Part shown: positions 1 through 9,000 of the stretch, piece by piece
Layout: each line of letters starts with the position of its first letter
Numbering within the stretch: the stretch's first letter is position 1
From: Trichodesmium erythraeum IMS101
Lineage (GTDB): Bacteria; Cyanobacteriota; Cyanobacteriia; Cyanobacteriales; Microcoleaceae
DNA length: 32,000 nucleotides
Direction of reading: 5' to 3'
Assembly: GCF_000014265.1 (NCBI RefSeq)
Contig: NC_008312.1
Coordinates: 1,410,001-1,442,000 of the forward strand
Notes under the pieces: model-generated
Seen by the model: the letters and a program-made list of their open reading frames with translations, nothing else
Database searches by the model: none
What the model was told of the DNA's origin: nothing
Made by a program: the position numbers and the translations under genes

Positions 1-1
1 T

Positions 2-328
2 ACTCCTAAGTTGACAGGAAGTATATTAGGGGGAATTACTCGAGATAGTGCATTAACTTTATTTAGAGATATGGGTGTTAAAGTTGAGGAAAGATTAATC
101 TCTATTGATGAGGTTGCAAAGGCTTATGAAGCAGGAAATATTTCTGAGGCTTTTGGTATGGGTACTGCTGCTACAATTGCTCATATTTCTGTTATTAACT
201 ATCAAGGTAAAGATATGATTTTACCTCCTGTTGATGAACGAAAATATGCTTCTCAAGTTTTGCAAAAATTAGAAGATATTAAAACTGGTAAAGTCACTGA
301 CCCCTATGGTTGGATTTGTCAACTTTAA
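2..328 (+). CDS. ilvE: branched-chain amino acid aminotransferase, C-terminal part (5' end lies outside the window)
   Basis: The frame is open from base 2 (TPKLTGSILGGITRDS...). Class IV aminotransferase motifs ILGGITRDS and FGMGTAATI are present. Stop TAA at 326-328. Confidence 0.85.
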   Translation, partial: TPKLTGSILGGITRDSALTLFRDMGVKVEERLISIDEVAKAYEAGNISEAFGMGTAATIAHISVINYQGKDMILPPVDERKYASQVLQKLEDIKTGKVTDPYGWICQL

Positions 329-570
329 ATACTTGAATATTATATTAGTCTTGGGATGATATAGCTGAATTTAGAATTCATAATTTAGAAGCTATAAGCC
401 AAAATTAAAGAACATAAATTACTCAATAAAAATAATTTTTATAGAATATAAATATAGCAATTATCGGCTGTAATTTTGTCTAAAATATTGCTGTTTTTTG
501 GTAGCCTAGACTAGGAAATTACTAATATTTTTGAAGTTTATTTCTAGTTATTAAGTTGTTTAAAAAAATG

Positions 571-603
571 TTTTTATATAATTTTTATATAATTTTTATA
601 TGG
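571..603. repeat. 11-bp tandem repeat (tttttatataa, about 3 copies) in an AT-rich intergenic region
   Basis: Direct reading of 571-603. Confidence 0.8.
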
Positions 604-905
604 CTAAAATTTATCCTAATTTAGGATGAGATAAAATATTAAAAGTATGACTAGGTATTTTTGATAGTTTAACAGGAGAGTTGAAAATTTGTTGAGAAAT
701 GACAACAAACATTAGGATGAGAAGGGGGATTGAGCCTTGACTTCTAAAAATATGACAACTTAACTAACTGATTCCTAACTACTACCAAAATATTACATTA
801 CAAATTTTGTGAGTCTAATAAACTACATAGCCAGGCTTAATAATTAATAGTGTTAGGGTGTAACTTGAAAATTAAACTAAGTCAAAAAAACCTAATTTAA
901 AATCA

Positions 906-1763
906 ATGATAAAACAAGGTAGTTTCAAATCAATACTATCTATCTTTAAAGCTCCTGCCGGATTAATAGCTGGTTCAACCTATCATTTTCGTGCTTTAAT
1001 AATATTTGTAAAAAATCCTAGATTAATCAATTACATAATTGCTCCGATTTTTATTAATATTGTTGTCGGTATTTTTCTGTATATTAGTCTGCTATTACCT
1101 GGAATAAGTTTAATTAATACTATCTTTAATAATTTATCTTTGCAGTTTGATAGCCTGATTTATCAATTACCAACTTGGTTAAAATTCTTGAGTTATTTGG
1201 ATAATGCTTTAGGTTTGCTCTTTAAGCTCATTCTATTTACAATATTTTTGCTAATTATTGGATTTTTGTTAGTACAATTTGGAGTTATTCTTGGTTCTCC
1301 TTTTTATGGTCAACTTTCTGAACAATTAGAAAAAACTCGAACTGGTACATTACCTGAAGCTTCTTCTGGTTTACTATCTATTATTAGGGATATTTACCGA
1401 GCTATACTTTTTGAGCTCAAAAAAGTGGCATTATTATTAGCAATAGGCTTGCCGATGTTGTTGCTCAATTTTTTTCCTGGAGGCTCTTTAATAGCAACTA
1501 TTGGCGGCATCGCTTTAACAACTTCTATTGTTTGTCTTGACTTTTTTGATGGACCTTTGGAGAGAAGAAAATTAAAATTTCGAGAGAAGTTAAAAGTTGT
1601 ATATCGTAGCTTACCAGCAAGTGCCACTTTTGGGTTAATTTGTCAAGTTTTAATTACTATTCCTATAGTTAATTTTTTGGCTATTCCTATATGTGTAGTG
1701 GCAGGGACTTTATTTTGTTGCGATCGCGTACTACCAAAGTTATTACCAAATAACCAAACTTAA
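906..1763 (+). CDS. CysZ/EI24-family integral membrane protein
   Basis: 285-aa ORF with several hydrophobic spans. The N-terminal pattern G..Y.F.A......P.L..Y.I.P..IN resembles the CysZ/EI24 family. No close functional motif was recognised. Confidence 0.55.
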   Translation: MIKQGSFKSILSIFKAPAGLIAGSTYHFRALIIFVKNPRLINYIIAPIFINIVVGIFLYISLLLPGISLINTIFNNLSLQFDSLIYQLPTWLKFLSYLDNALGLLFKLILFTIFLLIIGFLLVQFGVILGSPFYGQLSEQLEKTRTGTLPEASSGLLSIIRDIYRAILFELKKVALLLAIGLPMLLLNFFPGGSLIATIGGIALTTSIVCLDFFDGPLERRKLKFREKLKVVYRSLPASATFGLICQVLITIPIVNFLAIPICVVAGTLFCCDRVLPKLLPNNQT

Positions 1764-1854
1764 AGAGGGTTTTTAGGTACTATACATTAAATATTAGGGC
1801 TTTGATGGCTGATTACAGTAGCAGCCTTTAGGAGAGAGCATGGGTAAGAAAAAT

Positions 1855-1921
1855 GTCAACCTACTATTGAGGTTCGGCTCGGTAGAAATCTCCGCACCTT
1901 TACTTTGGGAAGAATATCAAG
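1855..1921 (+). repeat. 67-nt repeat, copy 1, in the sodN upstream region
   Basis: About 73% identical by eye to 2128-2194. Shared blocks are gtcaacc, ggctc, atctccgc.ccttta. A hairpin forms at the same relative position (CUAUUGAG/CUCGGUAG). Confidence 0.6.
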
Positions 1922-2127
1922 TTTTTCATTTACAATACCCTCTTATGAGATTTATTGAAAAACCTCTCTCTCAAAGTGGGAAAACATAAAACATAAAGTA
2001 TAATATTATTGTCTATTGTCGTGGGTGGGCAATCTGAGACATTAAGCAGACGTACAGGGAAGCATAACTTACCTTTATCCACTCCTTCGATGGGGGCAAA
2101 AAGGATGGGTGCAGCATTCAATAAAAC

Positions 2128-2194
2128 GTCAACCCACTGAAGAGCTTAGGCTCAGTATGTATCTCCGCGCCTTTATGTCGCTGAGGATCTCAAA
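2128..2194 (+). repeat. 67-nt repeat, copy 2, immediately upstream of sodN
   Basis: Pairs with 1855-1921. The hairpin ACU..GAGC-uuag-GCUC-AGU sits at the equivalent position with different stem bases. Confidence 0.6.
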
Positions 2195-2226
2195 ATTTTA
2201 ACAACAATGTAATTTTTTCTATATAA

Positions 2227-2706
2227 ATGGGGATATCTTTGAAAATTATGCTTAACACAATTGCAACTCAGATTAGAAAGTGGTTCTCAGCACCAGAGGT
2301 GAGTGCTCACTGTGATGGTCCTTGCGGTGTTTATGACCCTGCTTCTGCTCGCATTTACGCTGAAGCTGTATTATCTATGACTAAGAAAATTCTAGATCTT
2401 GACCCAAAAGCTGGAGATCATAAGACTGCTAATACCCTTTCTCGCTATATTGCAATTAAGGAAGAGCAAGCTCAGAAGACTAAGGAAGATTTGCTTATTC
2501 TCTGGACTGATTATTTTAAGCCTGTACATTTAGAAAAGTATCCAGACCTCCACGATACTTTTTGGAAGGCTGCTAAGTTATGCTCTGCTTGTAAGGTAGA
2601 AGTTAGTTTGGAGCATGCTACTGAGTTACTAGCTGCTGTGGAGAAAATTCACAATATGTTCTGGGCTACTAAGGAGCGGGATGTGACTTGGTACAAGGCT
2701 AGCTAA
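2227..2706 (+). CDS. sodN: nickel superoxide dismutase precursor
   Basis: Ni-hook motif HCDGPCGVYDP, with His at 2308-2310, preceded by a short pro-peptide. The true start may be the second ATG at 2248. Confidence 0.95.
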   Translation: MGISLKIMLNTIATQIRKWFSAPEVSAHCDGPCGVYDPASARIYAEAVLSMTKKILDLDPKAGDHKTANTLSRYIAIKEEQAQKTKEDLLILWTDYFKPVHLEKYPDLHDTFWKAAKLCSACKVEVSLEHATELLAAVEKIHNMFWATKERDVTWYKAS

Positions 2707-2712
2707 TTTTTT

Positions 2713-3084
2713 TTGTTTGAGGTGGTAGGTACAAGGTTGATACAAACAATTGATAATAAAGAATTATTGCTTTGGTTATTAAGGTTGCGCCAACGGTTTT
2801 GTGTCACAGGATTTTCTATGTTTCCTATACTTAAACCTGGAGATGAGGTTCTTGTAGATACAAAAGCCTACCACCACTGTGCTCCAGAAATAGGGGATAT
2901 GGTTGTGGCTGAACACCCTCATCGTCAAGAGTTAAAAATAATTAAGTGGGTTGCTTTTGTTGATGAAAAAGGTGACTGTTTTTTGGTCGGAGAAAATAAG
3001 GAAGAAAGTACCGATAGTCGTTCTTTTGGTTTGGTAAATCGAAAACGAATAATTGGTAAGGTAAAGAGCAAGTTTCCAACATAG
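2713..3084 (+). CDS. sodX: S26-type signal-peptidase-like NiSOD maturation protease
   Basis: Lies 7 nt downstream of sodN. S26 motifs GFSMFPILKPGDEVLVD and GEN...STDSRSFG are present. The TTG start is taken from the ORF track. Confidence 0.8.
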   Translation: MFEVVGTRLIQTIDNKELLLWLLRLRQRFCVTGFSMFPILKPGDEVLVDTKAYHHCAPEIGDMVVAEHPHRQELKIIKWVAFVDEKGDCFLVGENKEESTDSRSFGLVNRKRIIGKVKSKFPT

Positions 3085-3113
3085 TTTAACACATTAGGTT
3101 TGAAGGATATTGG

Positions 3114-4195
3114 TTGAATAAAAAATCATGTTTGCATTTAAATAACTCTTACTAATTTCAGTATATCAATTTTTTTTTAATTGGAGCTTCGCAAAATGAT
3201 AGTAGCTGCTATCTGTTGTCTTGCTATTTCAGGCACAAAGCGATCATCAGAGAACTAGTTATATAAGACTTATGATTTTTTTCTAGTTGAATAAAAAATC
3301 ATACAAAAGGGCGAGTTTGTACCACTAACTATAGTATATCAAATTTTTTTTGAGAATGGCTGGTGGAAATAATAATGCTTTTTAGAGCTCCGTAAAATGA
3401 TAGCGATCGCTATCTGTTGTCTTGCTATTTCAGGCACAAAGCGATCATCAGAGAACTAGTCATATAAGACTTATGATTTTTTTCTAGTTGAATAAAAAAT
3501 CATACAAAAGGGCGAGTTTGTACCACTAACTATAGTATATCAAATTTTTTTTGAGAATGGCTGGTGGAAATAATAATGCTTTTTTAGAGCTTTGTAAAAT
3601 GAGAGCGATCGCTATCTGTTGTCTTGCTATTTCAGGCTCAAAGCGTCGAGACTTATGATTTTTTCTAGTTGAATAAAAAATCATACAAAAGGGCGAGTTT
3701 GTACCACTAACTATAGTATATCAAATTTTTTTTGAGAATGGCTGGTGGAAATAATAATGCTTTTTTAGAGCTTTGTAAAATGAGAGCGATCGCTATCTGT
3801 TGTCTTGCTATTTCAGGCACAAAGCGATCATCAGAGAACTAGTCATATAAGACTTATGATTTTTTTTTAGTTGAATAAAAAATCATACAAAAGGGCGAGT
3901 TTGTACCACTAACTATAGTATATCAAATTTTTTTTGAGAATGGCTGGTGGAAATAATAATGCTTTTTTAGAGCTTTGTAAAATGAGAGCGATCGCTATCT
4001 GTTGTCTTGCTATTTCAGGCACAAAGCGATCATCAGAGAACTAGTTATATAAGACTTATGATTTTTTTCTAGTTGAATAAAAAATCATACAAAAGGGCGA
4101 GCTTGTACCACTGTACCACTAACTATAGTATATCAAATTTTTTTTGAGAATGGCTGGTGAAAATAATAATGTTTTTTTAGAGCTCCGTAAAATGC
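3114..4195. repeat. tandem array of units about 201 bp long (degenerate first unit, 4 full units, truncated last unit)
   Basis: The unit marker ttgaataaaaaatcat recurs at 3114, 3287, 3488, 3669, 3871 and 4073, giving periods of 173, 201, 181, 202 and 202. Each full unit has an AT hairpin (tatgatttttt..aaaaaatcata), a TATAGT box, and a 16-bp palindrome gatagcgatcgctatc containing HIP1. An isolated hairpin relic lies at 4336-4365. Confidence 0.95.
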
Positions 4196-4772
4196 CAACT
4201 AGTTGTTTAGTGGGGGGGGAGGAATGGCTTACATAGGAGATTGAGGCATTTTATTTAATGATCTAGGGGAGTCGTGCCTCACTTTTGGTAGATATTTGAG
4301 GAGCCTTAATTCATAATTGTAGCGATCGTAACTAGTGATTTTTTGATTGAATAAAAAATCATATTTAAATTGTTGGTATTGAGTAGAGCGATCGCTGTGC
4401 TGACTTTATGGTTAGTTTATAGTTAGTTTTTCTTGGCAAGTACCTTTGCTGAAAAATCAGGATGTAGGGACTTGGTATATAATCTTCCTCAAAGGTTTAT
4501 GTCAAAACCAAGTTAACTCCTCTGGGAGAAATTCCCACACTTCCTTAAAAAGGAAAGTGCTACGGGAAAGCCAGTAGTTAGTTTTGTGGTTCATTCTTGC
4601 TTTCGCTCTTTTTTTTGAGCATTGAGACAGTAAAAACACCACAGGACGCAATAAAGTAAGACTCAATAACTATTCCTTTGGGATTTATCAAAATGATTTT
4701 CATTATTTAAGTGAAGCATTTAAAAGATATAAAGAAGGAAGCAATATATCAATTTCCATCAATTAAGAACTA

Positions 4773-6365
4773 ATGACTATAGCTATAGATTTCGGAACAA
4801 GTAATACTGTTATTTCTCGTTGGAATCAAACAACTAAACAACCAGAAATTGTCAAGTTACCAAATATCTCAATTCTTTCTGTGGAAAATCCGCCTTTAAT
4901 TCCTAGCTTAGTCTATGTGGAAAATGTTGCTGAAAAAAAAGTAGTAGTAGGTCAACAGGTTAGAGATAAAGGTTACGATGTTAATACGGAATCTAGATTT
5001 TTTCGTAATTTCAAACGGGGTATTGGTGCAAATGTTCAAGGATTTTTGCCGGAACTTGACGGTCAAATTGTTTCTTTTGAACAGGTAGGGAAATTGTTTT
5101 TAGAAGAAGTTGTAGCAGGTCTTCAGAAAGTGCCTTTGCCAGTAGAGTCTTTAATTTTTACTGTTCCAGTAGATAGTTTTGAAGCTTATCGAAATTGGTT
5201 GGGGGAAGTTTGTCAGTCTCTAGAGGTTGAACAGGTAAGAATGATTGATGAACCTACTGCTGCGGCTTTAGGTTATGGGATGGCAGATGCGGAAATTTTG
5301 TTGGTGGTTGATTTTGGTGGGGGAACTTTAGATTTATCTTTGGTAAGGTTGGATAATGTGATGGCAAAACAACCTTTGGGTTATATTCTGAAATGGGGTA
5401 AAAAATCTTATGGTAACAATTCAAGTCAAAAGGCAAGAACTGCAAGGGTTTTGGCAAAGGCTGGAGAGAATTTAGGGGGTTCGGATATTGATAATTGGTT
5501 GGTGGATTATTTTGTTAAGAGTCAAGGGATAGAAAAGAGCTCTTTAGTTACTCGTTTGGCAGAAAAGTTAAAAATTCAATTGTCTTTGCAGCAAGAGGGA
5601 ACGGAGGTTTTTTTTGATGATGAAAGTTTGGAAAGTTATGAGCTGGGGTTGGGGCGGGATGCTTTTGAGGAAATTCTCCGGGAAAATGGTTTTTTTGCTA
5701 GTCTTGATCAGTCAATGAGTCGGGTTTTACAGCAGGCAAAAAGACAAGGAATAGAGTTATCGGATATTGGTGCTGTTTTATTGGTGGGAGGAACGGTGCA
5801 AATTCCGGCGGTTCAGAGGTGGGTAAGGGAATATTTTGATGCTGGAAAAATTCGTTGTGAAAAACCTTTTGAGGCAATTTCTCAGGGAGCGTTGCAATTA
5901 GTTCAAGGAGTGGAGGTTAAGGATTTTTTGTATCACGGTTATGGTATCCGGTATTGGGATAGAAAGAAAAATGCTCATGGTTGGCATCCGTTGATTAAGT
6001 CTGGTCAACCGTATCCAATGAGTAGTCCTGTAGAGCTGGTTTTGGGTGCTTCTATGAATAGTCAACCTAGTATAGAGTTGGTTTTGGGAGAGTTGGGTGC
6101 TGAGTCTGCTGGTACAGAGGTTTTTTTTGATGGCGATCGCCTTATTACTCGGAAAGTTTCTGGGGAGCAAACTGCTGTACAACTTTTAAATGATAGAGAG
6201 GGAGGTCGTAGTATTGCTCAATTAAGTCCTTTGGGAAATCCGGGGAGGGATCGCATTAAGGTTTTGTTTTGGGTGGATGAGTCTAGGTTTTTGAGAATAA
6301 CGGTGGAGGATTTATTGACGAATGAAATTTTGTTAAATGAGCAGGCTGTTGTACAGTTGAGTTAG
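4773..6365 (+). CDS. Hsp70/DnaK-family ATPase-like protein (short form without a helical lid)
   Basis: Hsp70 NBD motifs IAIDFGTSNT, DEPTAAALGYG, VVDFGGGTLDLSLV and LLVGGTVQIPAVQ. At 530 aa it ends after a beta-rich domain. Confidence 0.85.
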   Translation: MTIAIDFGTSNTVISRWNQTTKQPEIVKLPNISILSVENPPLIPSLVYVENVAEKKVVVGQQVRDKGYDVNTESRFFRNFKRGIGANVQGFLPELDGQIVSFEQVGKLFLEEVVAGLQKVPLPVESLIFTVPVDSFEAYRNWLGEVCQSLEVEQVRMIDEPTAAALGYGMADAEILLVVDFGGGTLDLSLVRLDNVMAKQPLGYILKWGKKSYGNNSSQKARTARVLAKAGENLGGSDIDNWLVDYFVKSQGIEKSSLVTRLAEKLKIQLSLQQEGTEVFFDDESLESYELGLGRDAFEEILRENGFFASLDQSMSRVLQQAKRQGIELSDIGAVLLVGGTVQIPAVQRWVREYFDAGKIRCEKPFEAISQGALQLVQGVEVKDFLYHGYGIRYWDRKKNAHGWHPLIKSGQPYPMSSPVELVLGASMNSQPSIELVLGELGAESAGTEVFFDGDRLITRKVSGEQTAVQLLNDREGGRSIAQLSPLGNPGRDRIKVLFWVDESRFLRITVEDLLTNEILLNEQAVVQLS

Positions 6366-6501
6366 GGTAGGAGGCTGTTAGTTAGTGGCTGGAAAAAGAG
6401 GTTTTGGAGGGATTTTATTCAATATTATCCTTTTGTTTTAGTATTATATTTAACATAATAATTTAACATAATAATAAAGTTGATAATTGATTGAAAAAAA
6501 A

Positions 6502-8502
6502 ATGACTAATGAACTACCAAAAACTGATTCTCTAAAAAAAAAGGGTCGTATTTTTTCTCAAGATTCATGGGAAAAAATATCTTCTCCGGAAGAGTTTGAC
6601 GAATTAATACAAGTAGTTACTGTTAAAAACTGGCTGTCTTTTTCTATATTTGGTGGTCTAGTTTTAGTGGGTATTTTATGGAGTATTTTTGGTAAAATAC
6701 CTATTACAGTAACTGGAAAGGGGGTGTTAATTCGCCCTCGACAAGTGGTTACATTTCAATCAGCAATTGAAGGTAATTTAGATTCTTTGAAGATTAGAGA
6801 TGGAGAGTGTGTAAAAAAAGATGAGGTTCTGGCAACTATTAATCCATCTCAACTGAAAAAACAGTTAGAGTTACAACGACAAAAGCTATTTCTTTTTCAA
6901 ACTCAAGCATTAGATACTCAAAGGTTAGAAGGTCAACGGACTCAGTTAGAAGTAGATGGTCTGACAACTAAGGCTGAAGGTTTAAGGCAACGTTTGCGAG
7001 ATACTCAAAGTCTTACGCCTACTTTACAAAGTAATACTTTAGAGGCTCTCCGGGAAAAGGGTCAGACTTTGGAGCAACGTTTACAGGATATGCAGGCTGT
7101 TACTCCGAGATTAAAGGAGGAAAAATTACAGGAAATTAATAAACAACGAGTAAGTTTAGAAAAACGTTTGGGGGATGCTAAAAAATTAACTCCTGAATTG
7201 AGGGATAAAAAATTACAGGCGATCGCTGAACAAAAGATTACTCTGCAGGAAAGGTTACAAAGTGCTAAAAGTTTAACTCCTATTTTGCGGGATAAAAATG
7301 AGTTGGCATTGCAACAACAACGAGAAAGTTTAAAGCAACGTTTGAAAGATGCCCAAGAGTTAGTTCCGGTTTTTGAGCAGAGGCTAACAAAGCGCCAGAA
7401 GTTATTGGATGATGGTGCTATTTCTCAAGATAATTTATTACAAACAGAACAGGAGTTTAGGCAAAATTTACAGTCTATTGCTCAAATTAAAACTGAGTTA
7501 AAACAAGTAGAGGTACAGGAAGCAGAAACTGCAGAAAAATATTTACAAAATTTCAGTACTATTAATGAAATTGAGGATAAACTGAAGGATTTAGAAGTGG
7601 AGGAAGTTGAAACTAATCAGAGATATTTAGATAATGTTAATACTATTAGAGAAATTGAGGGTCAATTACAGGGATTAGATTCACAAACAACTGAAACTTC
7701 TAAACAATTTCTGGATAATCTCAATCAAATTAATGAGATAAAGGTGCAGTTACAGGAAGTTAAGTTGCAAGAAACTGAGGCTATGGAAAAGTTTTTGGAA
7801 AGTCAGAATATTATGGCTCAATTAAAGGTTGATTTGCTGGATTTAGAAACCCAGAAAAAACGTTTGGAACAAGAAAATTTAGAGGCGGCAAATACTCGGA
7901 AAAATCAAATAGAAGAAGTTAATCGAGAAATTGCTCAGTTAGAAAAACAGGTTGCAGATAATAGTAAAATTCTTAGTCCTGTAGATGGGTGTATTTTGGA
8001 AATTAAAGGCACTGTCGGACAATATGTAAGTCCTGGTACTGTTCTGGGTAAAATTAATGTTCAAGGAAGGTTATCAGGATTAATGGCAGTTAGTTATTTT
8101 CCTGTTAAAGATGGTAAAATGATTAAGTCTGATATGAAAATTACTATTACTCCTGATACTGTTAAACGAGAAAGATTTGGAGGAATTATTGGCAATATTA
8201 CTTCTATTTCTAGTTTTCCTGTGACTAAGGAAGGGGCAAGTTTTGTAGTAGGAAATCCAGAAATAGTAGAAAATATTATTGGGGAAAGTGGGGGGCAAAT
8301 TGAAACTTATGCTCAACTAAGAAAGGATGATAATACTTTCAGTGATTATCAATGGTCTTCTTCAAAGGGACCACAAAAAAAATTTACTGCGGGTACGACA
8401 ATAACAGCACGGGTAAGGGTTGAGGAAAGAGCGCCTATTACTTTTGTTTTGCCAATATTAAGGGAGTGGAGCGGGGTTTATTTATTTAAGTCTAAGTCTT
8501 AA
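6502..8502 (+). CDS. HlyD-family periplasmic adaptor (bacteriocin/NHLM-type secretion protein) with a repeat-extended coiled coil
   Basis: N-terminal TM segment (WLSFSIFGGLVLVGILWSIF), lipoyl-like segment, long coiled coil, and C-terminal beta-barrel (SPVDGCILEI...). ATG 6502 is preferred over the track's TTG at 6487. Confidence 0.9.
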   Translation: MTNELPKTDSLKKKGRIFSQDSWEKISSPEEFDELIQVVTVKNWLSFSIFGGLVLVGILWSIFGKIPITVTGKGVLIRPRQVVTFQSAIEGNLDSLKIRDGECVKKDEVLATINPSQLKKQLELQRQKLFLFQTQALDTQRLEGQRTQLEVDGLTTKAEGLRQRLRDTQSLTPTLQSNTLEALREKGQTLEQRLQDMQAVTPRLKEEKLQEINKQRVSLEKRLGDAKKLTPELRDKKLQAIAEQKITLQERLQSAKSLTPILRDKNELALQQQRESLKQRLKDAQELVPVFEQRLTKRQKLLDDGAISQDNLLQTEQEFRQNLQSIAQIKTELKQVEVQEAETAEKYLQNFSTINEIEDKLKDLEVEEVETNQRYLDNVNTIREIEGQLQGLDSQTTETSKQFLDNLNQINEIKVQLQEVKLQETEAMEKFLESQNIMAQLKVDLLDLETQKKRLEQENLEAANTRKNQIEEVNREIAQLEKQVADNSKILSPVDGCILEIKGTVGQYVSPGTVLGKINVQGRLSGLMAVSYFPVKDGKMIKSDMKITITPDTVKRERFGGIIGNITSISSFPVTKEGASFVVGNPEIVENIIGESGGQIETYAQLRKDDNTFSDYQWSSSKGPQKKFTAGTTITARVRVEERAPITFVLPILREWSGVYLFKSKS

Positions 8503-9000
8503 TATAAGTCAAAGGTTTTTTAAAAGCTACCTGCCCACCTATTCACCTATTCAAATATTTTTCTAAAGTAAGTTTTTTTTTGGTTATAAAGTGGAATTTT
8601 GAGTCAAAAGTTACTTATTTAAAGGTTAAAAGCTATAGCGCTAATATTTACTGCTATAAAAGTTCATATTTTTTTGAATTTCATAAGTAAAATTAAAAAT
8701 AATATGCCTATATTAAATGATAGAATTTGAAAAAAATAGTCAAGCTTTTAGATGAGTGTGAATAACTTATTAAAATTCTAATACTATTCTAGCTTCATCT
8801 TTAGTCACTAGCAAAAAAAAGCTGGTTAATTTTGAGTTAAAGTTAAATTTTTGCTTATTAAAGGCTAGCTTGAAAATTGTAACTTTTGAATTTTGATTTT
8901 AATATTAATGACTTTTAAAAGACTTTTGACTTAAAATTTGACTTAAAATTTGGGAGTTTAAATCCAAATTGGCTCTTTTAAAGTTTATCCCTTCTGCTTT

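Noticed and set aside
1930-2121. 63-aa minus-strand ORF between the two sodN-leader repeats.
   Set aside because: It has no ribosome-binding site or motif and runs antisense through a region that looks more like structured or non-coding sequence.
3114-4195. Possible CRISPR array (regular repeats in a non-coding region).
   Set aside because: The whole unit of about 201 bp repeats, with no unique spacers between short repeats. No cas genes are in the window. The same reasoning applies to the array at 19718-20425.
4470-4615. Candidate small RNA: extended -10-like TGGTATATAAT (about 4473-4483), an imperfect hairpin cacttcctt-aaaa-aggaaagtg (about 4538-4559), and a T8 run at about 4603-4610.
   Set aside because: The stem before the T-run is only 6 bp with a 27-nt loop, and there is no -35 element. 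This is too weak to call without transcript data.
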